Source: Candidatus Enterousia sp.
GTDB taxonomy: Bacteria; Pseudomonadota; Alphaproteobacteria; Rs-D84
Assembly (NCBI GenBank): GCA_045546155.1
Contig: JAZQCG010000007.1
Span: 21,749 to 85,748, forward strand
Direction of reading: 5' to 3'
DNA length: 64,000 nucleotides
Positions 10,402-20,529 of the stretch are shown one piece after another; positions within the stretch are counted from its first letter, which is position 1, and every line of letters starts with the position of its first letter. A program made the translations under genes and the position numbers. Below the pieces are notes generated by a model. It did not search any database. It was not told where the DNA came from and was given only the letters and a program-made list of their open reading frames with translations.

Positions 10402-11076
10402 ATGCGTAAAAAACTAGTAGTTTTTGGCAATACTAATTATGCAGAAATGGTATGTGATTATTTTACAGATTATAGTGATTATGAAGTTGTTGCTTTTACT
10501 GTGGATTCTGCATATGTTTCATCAGACCAATTTTATGGGCGACCCCTGGTGGATTTTACAGATATAGAAAAGGTATATAGTCCAAATGATTATGATATGT
10601 TTGTTGCCGTTGGTTCAGCACAATTAAACCACCTAAGGGAACGTATTTGTAATCAAGCCAAAGCAAAGGGGTATCACTTGGCGACATTTGTTCATCCCAA
10701 TGCGTATGTTGCGCGTGATGTATCGATTGGTGAAAACTGTATCCTTATGGAATGCAGTCGTGTGCTGACCAGAACGAAAATATGCGATAATGTGATAATA
10801 TGGCCTACGGGTTTTGTATCTCATAATTGTATTGTTGGTAATAATTGCTACATTGTAGGTTCTGTGAACGGATTTGTTGATGTCGGCGATAATTGTTTTT
10901 TAGGCGCCGGGGCAATGATTGCAGATGGTGTGCATATTGCTAAAGACAATTTTATTGCGATGGGGGCTGTGGTTCGCAAGGATACAGAGCAGGATTCTTT
11001 GTATGATGGGTATCCCGCTACAAAGCATCCAAGAATAACGGCATCAATGTTCGCAAAACTAAATAAAAAATACTAG
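10402..11076 (+). CDS. NeuD/PglB-type sugar N/O-acyltransferase (left-handed beta-helix, hexapeptide repeats)
   Basis: N-terminal Rossmann-like KLVVFGNTNYAEMV, then hexapeptide repeats (IGENCILM, ICDNVIIW, VGNNCYIV, VGDNCFLG). Confidence 0.75.
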   Translation: MRKKLVVFGNTNYAEMVCDYFTDYSDYEVVAFTVDSAYVSSDQFYGRPLVDFTDIEKVYSPNDYDMFVAVGSAQLNHLRERICNQAKAKGYHLATFVHPNAYVARDVSIGENCILMECSRVLTRTKICDNVIIWPTGFVSHNCIVGNNCYIVGSVNGFVDVGDNCFLGAGAMIADGVHIAKDNFIAMGAVVRKDTEQDSLYDGYPATKHPRITASMFAKLNKKY

Positions 11077-11084
11077 GATATATA

Positions 11085-12152
11085 ATGGCAAAACTATCAT
11101 TTAATCATGCAAAAATAACGGGTGTTTGTACCGTTGTACCCCAACAGCGCATCTATTTGGATGACGAAGTTTGTTACTATGATGACGCAACAAAGTTACA
11201 GCGATTGAAGATGGTTGTTGGATTAAATTCGCGTACTGTGGCACCTTGTGATGTTACGCCATCTGATTTAATGTATGACGCGGCGCGTCGGCTGATAACA
11301 GACATGGGGATAGATTCATCCAGTATTGATGCATTGGTTTGTGTATTGGATAATCCAGACTACAAGTGTCCACCTACCGCATGCATATTACAGGGGCGAT
11401 TGGGTTTGTCTGAACATTGTATGTCGTTTGACATAACCCATGGTTGCGCTGGTTATGTATACGGGCTAAGTGTTGCCAGTTCTTTGATTGAAAGTGGCCT
11501 GAAACGTGTCTTGCTGCTGGTTGGCGATACCAAGACACATACAATTAATATCAAAGACCGTGTTTCTGCGCCCATTTTTGGCGATGGTGCCGCCGCAACA
11601 TTGGTTGAATTTTCAGAAAAGCCAACGCCGTCGTGGTTTGTATTGGGGACAGTTGGCAAATCTTTTGAAAATATCATGATACCTGCTGGTGGGGCGCGTA
11701 TTCCGTATTCATCTGATACCGCCCAAGAAACCACAGATGAATTTGGTAATGTGCGCAGTTTAAATCAATTTCGTATGAATGGCAGAAATGTATTTGATTT
11801 TACCATGACCTATGTACCGCAAAACATCAAATCAGTAATGGATTTTGCAGGCAAAAATACGGATGAAATTGACTTTTTTATTCTGCACCAGGCAAACAAG
11901 AGCATAATAAAAAATATTACCAGTCGCGCTGGCGTTACCGACCCCGAAAAGGTTCCGACCCGTGCACTGTCAGAATATGGAAATTTGGCAGTTGCATCTA
12001 TCCCCAGTGCAATATCAAATGAATTGTTTGGCCAGATTGAAAATAAAACTATATTACTGTCTGGGTTTGGTGTTGGGTTATCTTATGCTTCGGCAATCAT
12101 TCATACAGACAGCATATTTGCCCCAGAAACATTTATTTACCAAGGAGAATAA
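11085..12152 (+). CDS. 3-oxoacyl-ACP synthase III (FabH-like KAS III)
   Basis: 355 aa with the active-site context THGCAGYVYGL, plus FILHQANKSII and GFGVGLSY (Cys-His-Asn KAS III pattern). Confidence 0.8.
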   Translation: MAKLSFNHAKITGVCTVVPQQRIYLDDEVCYYDDATKLQRLKMVVGLNSRTVAPCDVTPSDLMYDAARRLITDMGIDSSSIDALVCVLDNPDYKCPPTACILQGRLGLSEHCMSFDITHGCAGYVYGLSVASSLIESGLKRVLLLVGDTKTHTINIKDRVSAPIFGDGAAATLVEFSEKPTPSWFVLGTVGKSFENIMIPAGGARIPYSSDTAQETTDEFGNVRSLNQFRMNGRNVFDFTMTYVPQNIKSVMDFAGKNTDEIDFFILHQANKSIIKNITSRAGVTDPEKVPTRALSEYGNLAVASIPSAISNELFGQIENKTILLSGFGVGLSYASAIIHTDSIFAPETFIYQGE

Positions 12153-12154
12153 AA

Positions 12155-12379
12155 ATGACCGTACAAGATTTTTTAACCGAATTAAAAACTGCTATTAATT
12201 GTGACCAAGACCTATCTCCTGAAACAGTCTTGTCAAATATTCCCCAATGGGACTCGCTGGCGGTAATTTGTGTAATAACATTGTTCGAAGAAAAATTACA
12301 AAAACATATTTCTTTTGACCAGTTACAAGATGTTACAACTGTTCAATCTTTGATAGATTTAGCCGGAAATTTACAATAA
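12155..12379 (+). CDS. acyl carrier protein
   Basis: 74 aa with the WDSLAVI phosphopantetheine Ser motif. Sits directly after the KAS III gene. Confidence 0.75.
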   Translation: MTVQDFLTELKTAINCDQDLSPETVLSNIPQWDSLAVICVITLFEEKLQKHISFDQLQDVTTVQSLIDLAGNLQ

Positions 12380-12404
12380 ACATATATAAAATTCAGGAAA
12401 ACAT

Positions 12405-14159
12405 ATGTCGGGAATATTTGGCTTTTTCAGAAACACATCGCAATCCAAGATTGATTCAATGTTGGGGTTGCTAAATCAGTATCCAAACAATCGCGTATTG
12501 CATCATTTCTGTGATGACAATGTTTGTATTGCTAATATTGGTTTGTCGCACCACAAAGATTGTAAATATTCTGATAAAGATATAGAGTTGTCTATTGCAG
12601 GCACTTGTTACAATTTGTGTGATTTTGCCGCTGACAGTTTTGCAGATTTAATTGTTTCGTCATATCGTGACGGCAATCTGACCGATACATTGGCCCAGGT
12701 TGATGGTTGTTTTCATTTTTGCTTATATGACAAAAAGAATCAAAAAGTCATAATTGCTTGTGATCGCTTTGGTCTGTATCCGTTGTTTATTTATAGCCAG
12801 GATGGAAATTTTGCCTTTGGTGCAGAATCTAAGTCTCTTTTGAAACTGGACTTTGTTGATACTACGATTGACCCAGATTCCTTTTCTGTTTTCGAAAAAA
12901 TGGGCTATCTACTTGGGTCGTCCACTTGGTTTAAATACATAAAGCGTATCAAACCCGCCACAATAATGACATTTGATATGCAAACTCATGAATTAACATC
13001 GTGTTATTATTGGACATTTGCCAGTATAAAAAAGTCCGATGTATCTTTTGATGATGCGGTTGAAATTGCCCACAGGCTGTTTTCTGATTCTGTTCGTCGC
13101 CAGGTTAATCCACTGATAAAATCTGTTATTCCAATCAGTGCCGGATATGATTCACGACTAATCTTAGCGGCAGCAAAAGAATTGTACCCAAACTATAATC
13201 CATATACGACGACATTTGGTGTAAAGAATTGTTTAGATATAATTACTGCGCGCAAAGTATGCAAGGTAGCCGGCATCAAGAAAAATCACGAAAACTTATT
13301 TGAAAACATTGATTGGCTTGGTGTGCGGGAAAATATGGTATATGACTGTGATTGTACATTTTCATTGCAGCATATGCACGGTCTTGAATTTATAGATACA
13401 TTTGGTGATGCGCGTTGTTTAATAAACGGCTATCTGGGTGATACTATATTTGGTGGTTCGTATTTACCTACAGACACATCGCTATATAATCATGTAATAG
13501 ATGAATCTGTTGCAAAATATTATTTTGGCGATTGCTATCGTTTTTGTGATTTTGATGACGAATATTTCCAAATAAACAATCCGATTGTTCTGATGTGGTT
13601 TAATCGTGGTAATAATTTTATTAACGAGGCCCAGCGTTTATGCTATAATACACTTGATATTGCACATCCCTTTTTTGATAATAAAATCATAGAATTTATA
13701 GCATCTTTGCCAAACGAATATTTACAGTACGACAGACTATATAATGCGTTAGTGCTAAAACACTATCCAAAATATTTCAAATTTATCGGTCGCAACGGAA
13801 ACAGGCCTGCGTATTTGAAAAAGGGATTGGCATACAGATATAACAAGATGAAATTCGCCCTAGATAAGTTATTGCGGACTATTCGAATAAAACCGCGCAT
13901 AGTCATGGCATACGCAAATTATACAAAATGGGTCCAGGAACATCCAAACAAAGAACGGCTGATGCAATTGTTAAATCGTGATACATCGTTTTATTCTAAA
14001 TACACAGATACAGATTATTGTGATTTACTTTGTCATGTCAACAGTTCGAATATTTCACAAATATTATCTGTCGCCTCTGTCGAGATATATTTTTCGCAAT
14101 TAAAGAAACACAAAATTGAAATAGAAAAAGAAATGCAAAAACAACAGGAACAACAATGA
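12405..14159 (+). CDS. asparagine synthetase B-like amidotransferase/adenylating enzyme lacking the N-terminal Cys nucleophile
   Basis: Ntn-type N-domain plus a PP-loop ISAGYDSRLI. The N-terminus reads MSGIFGFF where class II amidotransferases have MCG. Confidence 0.65.
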   Translation: MSGIFGFFRNTSQSKIDSMLGLLNQYPNNRVLHHFCDDNVCIANIGLSHHKDCKYSDKDIELSIAGTCYNLCDFAADSFADLIVSSYRDGNLTDTLAQVDGCFHFCLYDKKNQKVIIACDRFGLYPLFIYSQDGNFAFGAESKSLLKLDFVDTTIDPDSFSVFEKMGYLLGSSTWFKYIKRIKPATIMTFDMQTHELTSCYYWTFASIKKSDVSFDDAVEIAHRLFSDSVRRQVNPLIKSVIPISAGYDSRLILAAAKELYPNYNPYTTTFGVKNCLDIITARKVCKVAGIKKNHENLFENIDWLGVRENMVYDCDCTFSLQHMHGLEFIDTFGDARCLINGYLGDTIFGGSYLPTDTSLYNHVIDESVAKYYFGDCYRFCDFDDEYFQINNPIVLMWFNRGNNFINEAQRLCYNTLDIAHPFFDNKIIEFIASLPNEYLQYDRLYNALVLKHYPKYFKFIGRNGNRPAYLKKGLAYRYNKMKFALDKLLRTIRIKPRIVMAYANYTKWVQEHPNKERLMQLLNRDTSFYSKYTDTDYCDLLCHVNSSNISQILSVASVEIYFSQLKKHKIEIEKEMQKQQEQQ

Positions 14160-15295
14160 AACACATTCCATTTAACAAACCGTTTACTATTGAAAATGAA
14201 TTTAAGTATATTGCCGATGCAATCAGCCAGGGTAAATTATGCGGTGACGGGATTTATACCAAACGTTGCCATGAATTCTTGGAATCTAAACTGGGGTGCA
14301 AGAAAGCCCTGTTGACCCACTCTTGTACAGCGGCATTGGAAATGGCGGCAATTTTGCTGGATATTCAGCCAGGCGATGAAATTATTATGCCGTCTTATAC
14401 ATTTGTTTCAACGGCATCTGCGTTTGTTCTGCGTGGTGGTGTGCCGGTGTTTGTCGATATTCGCCCCGACACATTGAATATTGATGAACAAAAGATAGAA
14501 TCTGCAATCACGCCACGCACGCGTGCAATTGTTCCGGTGCATTATGCTGGCGTTCCATGTGAAATGGATGCAATTATGGATATTGCACATCGTCATAACC
14601 TGGCGGTGGTCGAAGATGCCGCCCAAGGTGTCGGCAGTTTTTATCATGGCCGTCCATTGGGTACAATTGGTGATATGGGGTGCTTTTCGTTTCATGAAAC
14701 CAAAAATGTAATTTCCGGCGAAGGCGGCGCATTAATCATAAATAACGATAAATACACACTGCGCGCAGAAATTATTCGCGAAAAGGGTACTAATCGCTCT
14801 CAGTTTTTCCGTGGGCAAATTGATAAATATACATGGGTTGATATTGGCTCGTCATTTCTGCCATCGGATATGATTGCGGCATTTTTATATTCTCAATTGG
14901 AAAATATGGATAAAATAAACCAGAAAAGAATAGATTTATGGAACGAATATAACAATTTCTTTGCGGAATTTGATGGAATAATTCGTCGTCCATATTGTCC
15001 AAATGGCTGTGAACATAATGCGCATATGTACTATGTGTTGTTTAATAATCTTGAAACACGTACCCGGTTCATCAGTTTTATGAAAGAACACGATGTGTCC
15101 CCTGTGTTTCATTATATTCCATTGCACTCGTCACCTGCGGGGCGTAAATTTGGTCGTACGCACGGTGATGAATTACCTGTGACCGACAGAATTTCAGACA
15201 CCTTGGTGCGATTACCAATGTTTTATGAATTAACAGATGAAAACATGACCAGAATCAAGGAATTGTGTACAGAATTCTTTAACAGTATAAAATAA
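14156..15295 (+). CDS. DegT/DnrJ/EryC1/WecE-type PLP-dependent sugar aminotransferase
   Basis: IPFNKPF, DGIYTKRCHEFLE, EDAAQG and FSFHETKNVISGEGGAL (PLP Lys). ATGA overlap with the upstream gene. Confidence 0.85.
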   Translation: MKHIPFNKPFTIENEFKYIADAISQGKLCGDGIYTKRCHEFLESKLGCKKALLTHSCTAALEMAAILLDIQPGDEIIMPSYTFVSTASAFVLRGGVPVFVDIRPDTLNIDEQKIESAITPRTRAIVPVHYAGVPCEMDAIMDIAHRHNLAVVEDAAQGVGSFYHGRPLGTIGDMGCFSFHETKNVISGEGGALIINNDKYTLRAEIIREKGTNRSQFFRGQIDKYTWVDIGSSFLPSDMIAAFLYSQLENMDKINQKRIDLWNEYNNFFAEFDGIIRRPYCPNGCEHNAHMYYVLFNNLETRTRFISFMKEHDVSPVFHYIPLHSSPAGRKFGRTHGDELPVTDRISDTLVRLPMFYELTDENMTRIKELCTEFFNSIK

Positions 15296-15300
15296 TAATC

Positions 15301-15327
15301 GCCCCGTTTTTCACGGGGCTTTTTTTA
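15301..15327 (+). terminator. intrinsic terminator closing the polysaccharide operon
   Basis: GCCCCGT-TTTTC-ACGGGGC followed by T7. Confidence 0.8.
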
Positions 15328-15957
15328 TTGGGCGCCATTTGCATAGACAAAACGCAATATACTGGGGGTATTATTGTATGTGATTTGTACGGTGTCACCT
15401 GCCTGGGCCGGGGCAAAGACATAGCCGTTTATCCATCCGCTAGTACTGTAAAAGTGCGCGGTTGTTCCCAATCCTGTCACAGTATTGCGTATGGCCAAGT
15501 GTCCCCCAGGGGTCAGTCGTCTGACCATAACAAAATATCCATCTGCAGGTGCGGTATATTCTGCCTCTGTTGCCTCAATAGTCAGGTCGATATACCTGTC
15601 GGATGGCATTGCTATATTGGCAATTTGTGTATGGGTTGGTATTTCTATTTGTTTCGCAACTGCGGTGCCACCAATCGTTTCACCATCATGAACGCGAATT
15701 GTATTGGTGTCGGTGTCCATTGTGATTTCGCCGGACAGTCCCACATATTCATCGTTGTCTGCTGTGTCGCCTCGCTTAATAAGCAATTTTCGATTGTTTT
15801 GGGTTTTGTTCAGAATTTCATCCAAACTCATGTCGCACAAACCCATACATATTTCATTCAGTACATCGCGCCGTTCGGCTGGGGTTAATAATGTTTCATC
15901 AGCATCCAGTATACGCAAAACAGCTGTGCATATAATTTGCTTTTCTTGTTCGTTCAT
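15325..15957 (-). CDS. phage tail-fibre-like protein (Mtd_N/tail-fibre N-terminal motif)
   Basis: ATG at 15957 after an AGGAAG RBS. KRGDTADNDEYVGLSGEITMDTDTNTIRVHDGETIGG matches the RGT..GE...DTD....GDG.T.GG motif of phage tail fibres and the major tropism determinant N-domain. Confidence 0.55.
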   Translation of the reverse strand: MNEQEKQIICTAVLRILDADETLLTPAERRDVLNEICMGLCDMSLDEILNKTQNNRKLLIKRGDTADNDEYVGLSGEITMDTDTNTIRVHDGETIGGTAVAKQIEIPTHTQIANIAMPSDRYIDLTIEATEAEYTAPADGYFVMVRRLTPGGHLAIRNTVTGLGTTAHFYSTSGWINGYVFAPAQAGDTVQITYNNTPSILRFVYANGAQ

Positions 15958-15981
15958 TTTTATCTTCCTTTGGTGTTTTGT

Positions 15982-16076
15982 AAAAAAATCCGCCAAGCGG
16001 CGGCAAAAATAAAAAAAATACCCCATCATGAGGCCCTTGCGCGAAATATTATATCACAAAATACAAAAAATGTCAA
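15982..16076 (-). promoter_or_regulatory. consensus sigma70-type promoter followed by two tandem intrinsic terminators in the leader
   Basis: Minus strand: TTGACA (16071-16076), 17-nt spacer, TGA-TATAAT (16048-16053). Then a weak hairpin plus T8 (16011-16036) and CCGCC-GCTT-GGCGG plus T7 (15982-16003), then the RBS. Confidence 0.6.
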
Positions 16077-16130
16077 TATGTAATATTGTGTATTGCAAAA
16101 TATCTTATCTACGATACCATAGGCTATGAT

Positions 16131-16823
16131 ATGAATTACGTTAATGCACATTGTCATCTGTGTTCGGGCGAACTGCCACATGAAGTGGCGGTGGCGATTA
16201 CAAATTCAACGCGCGTATCTGATTGGCCGAACGTTGTGCAATTATCGGGGCAGGGCGGTGTTTATGGCGCAATTGGTGTGCATCCGTGGCACGTTGTGGA
16301 CGTTCCCGATGATTGGGCGGAAAAAATGCGCGAATTGTTGGTTGCAAACCCAAATTTAATGGTTGGGGAAATTGGACTGGATAAAAATTATCCAGATATG
16401 CCGACCCAGCTGGATATTTTTCGCACGCAACTAGAAATGGCTCGCGACCTGGGGCGGGTTGCGCATATTCACTGTGTGGGCGCGTGGGATAAATTATTGA
16501 TGGTCTTGGGTGTTGCTATGCCACCGGCGATTGTGCTGCATGGCGCGGCCATGTCGCCCGAAATGATGCGTGCGCTATCAAGGTATAATACATATTTTTC
16601 TTTTGGGCGGGCGGTCTGCAATCCGGCGCACATGCGCGCCCGTGGGGCATTGCGTGCTGCGCCCAAAAACCGAATATTGTCGGAATCTGATTCTGATGTC
16701 CCGACGGATGTCATCGGTGTTGTGCAAACAATGTCTGAAATTCTGAACCGCCCCCTTGCAGAACTTCAAAATACAATTTACAATAACGCTATGGATTTAT
16801 TAAAACATGGACAGATTACATAG
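16131..16823 (+). CDS. TatD-family metal-dependent hydrolase
   Basis: NAHCHL, GEIGLD, HIHC, VLHG and ESDSD motifs. The internal ATG at 16131 is preferred over the TTG at 16086. Confidence 0.8.
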   Translation: MNYVNAHCHLCSGELPHEVAVAITNSTRVSDWPNVVQLSGQGGVYGAIGVHPWHVVDVPDDWAEKMRELLVANPNLMVGEIGLDKNYPDMPTQLDIFRTQLEMARDLGRVAHIHCVGAWDKLLMVLGVAMPPAIVLHGAAMSPEMMRALSRYNTYFSFGRAVCNPAHMRARGALRAAPKNRILSESDSDVPTDVIGVVQTMSEILNRPLAELQNTIYNNAMDLLKHGQIT

Positions 16824-17481
16824 AACGCGTTTATTGTTTGGGGAAATGGCGACCGAAAAACTGCGTGCAGCAACCGTTATGGTTGTTGGATGTGGTGCGG
16901 TGGGCTCTTTTGCGATAGAGGCTCTTGCCCGCACCGGCATTGGTCATATTATCGTTGTGGATTTCGATAGTATAGAGGCATCTAATATCAACCGCCAATT
17001 ATTTGCGCTGGATTCAACGATTGGCATGTCCAAGGTGGATGTGGCATGCGCACGTATTCATGATATTAATCCCGACACGCATGTCACCGCATACAATATG
17101 TTCTGGGACGAAAAGACAGATTTAAATGTTCGCCCAGACTTTGTAATCGATGCAATCGATACCGTCCCGTCCAAGATTGCACTTTATAAATGGTGTGCAT
17201 CACATAATGTGCCGTTTGTTTCCAGTATGGGGGCGGCCCTTAAAATGGATGTGACCCAGATTAAAATTGCGCCAATATCCCGAACGACGGTATGTCCATT
17301 GGCGGGTCGTGTCCGTCGTGCGATACGTGAACTGGATTTGCCGGACTTTCCGGTCGTGTTTTCGACTGAACCGCCTGCGCCGGTTTTGGGACACGCAAAA
17401 AATATGGGCTCAAACATTACTGTGACGGGGATGTTTGGCTTAATATTGGCGAATTTTGTAATTAAGAATTTGATTGAATAA
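16807..17481 (+). CDS. tcdA: tRNA threonylcarbamoyladenosine dehydratase (ThiF/TcdA family)
   Basis: VVGCGAVGSFAIEALARTGIGHIIVVDFDSIEASNINRQ is a ThiF-type Rossmann motif. The size and C-terminal pattern fit TcdA/CsdL. Confidence 0.7.
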   Translation: MDRLHRTRLLFGEMATEKLRAATVMVVGCGAVGSFAIEALARTGIGHIIVVDFDSIEASNINRQLFALDSTIGMSKVDVACARIHDINPDTHVTAYNMFWDEKTDLNVRPDFVIDAIDTVPSKIALYKWCASHNVPFVSSMGAALKMDVTQIKIAPISRTTVCPLAGRVRRAIRELDLPDFPVVFSTEPPAPVLGHAKNMGSNITVTGMFGLILANFVIKNLIE

Positions 17482-17632
17482 AGCGGCAATATGTACGCGT
17501 AGATAATTGGTTTTGTCGGCTCAGGAACGTTTTCCTAAATGCAGTATTGCGATTGCGCGCCCCATAAAAAACGTTTATAATAGTCTTGTCTTGTTTCTAA
17601 GACGTAACAAACCTTAAAAGGAGAGAAAAGAG

Positions 17633-17845
17633 ATGAGAGGACTAACAAGCTATGTTTTAATGCCATTGACATTTATCGGTGCCTTGAACTGGGGATTGAT
17701 TGGTATCTTTGGCTTTGACTTGGTTGCGTTTTTGTTTGGCCCTGCCACATTGGCCAGTAATATCGTCTATGCGATAATTGGTATTGCGGCATTGATATGG
17801 CTGATATGGATGTTTGTAGATCGTCCAACACGCAACGACCGCTAA
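17633..17845 (+). CDS. DUF378-family small membrane protein
   Basis: AAGGAGAG RBS. IGALNWGLIGIFGFDLVAFLFG is the DUF378 signature. Confidence 0.7.
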   Translation: MRGLTSYVLMPLTFIGALNWGLIGIFGFDLVAFLFGPATLASNIVYAIIGIAALIWLIWMFVDRPTRNDR

Positions 17846-17931
17846 AAATAGCATATATGCAAAAATACAGTTTCATGTCCACGCCCCCGAACCCTGGGGC
17901 GTTTTTTATCAAATATATAGTCAGATTTTTA

Positions 17932-18016
<85 letters not shown>

Positions 18017-18020
18017 GTTC

Positions 18021-18110
18021 CGCGGGTATGGCGGCACTTCGTAGTCGCCAACCCGCACTATATCCGGCGGGTATGGCGGCAAAATGTCATCACCAACCCG
18101 CACAAAAAAA
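18021..18110 (+). repeat. two tandem ~44-nt tRNA-Leu minihelix-like units
   Basis: Each unit has GCGGGTATGGCGGCA, then 10-12 nt, then C(G/A)CCAACCCGCAC. That is copies of the tRNA-Leu 5' and 3' acceptor ends in the opposite orientation to the real gene. Confidence 0.7.
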
Positions 18111-18200
18111 CACAGTTTTTATATTCTATGATAATTTTTACTTGATTTCCAGTAAAATTTAACCTAAAATCAGGCGCAGTATAATTAAAAGGTAAATAAA

Positions 18201-18380
18201 ATGGCATCTAAAAAAGGCAGTAAAGAAGTTGTAAAGCTGGAAAACAAAGAAACTGGCTTCTTTTATACAACTACTAAAAATACCAAGTCTGAAAGAACGG
18301 CTGGCAAAATGAAATTCCGCAAATATGACCCAAAACTGCGCAAGCACGTCGTATTTACCGAAGCGAAAATGCCTCACTAA
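18201..18380 (+). CDS. rpmG: 50S ribosomal protein L33
   Basis: 59-aa ORF below the ORF-track cutoff: MASKKGSKEVVKLENKETGFFYTTTKNTKSERTAGKMKFRKYDPKLRKHVVFTEAKMPH. AAAGG RBS, and a terminator follows at about 18399-18427. Confidence 0.9.
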   Translation: MASKKGSKEVVKLENKETGFFYTTTKNTKSERTAGKMKFRKYDPKLRKHVVFTEAKMPH

Positions 18381-20474
<2,094 letters not shown>

Positions 20475-20529
20475 TCCTTTATCCTGGGGCAAAAATATGG
20501 TATAATTTGCTCAAAAAATGGGGGATTAA

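Noticed and set aside
1-15295. Lasso-peptide/RiPP cluster idea (HPr-kinase-like, PqqD-like, putative Cys peptidase DUF1796, SPASM-like, AsnB-like without Cys)
   Set aside because: The components are spread over 14 kb among nine sugar-pathway genes. No precursor peptide ORF or transglutaminase-type B2 protease is visible. Each component also has a known polysaccharide-locus context. It is kept only as a low-probability note inside other findings.
15328-16012. Plus-strand ORFs (186, 102 and 68 aa) overlapping the tail-fibre-like gene
   Set aside because: They are antisense to an ORF that has an RBS, a promoter and a recognisable motif. Their composition is Cys-rich and odd, and they have no start context.
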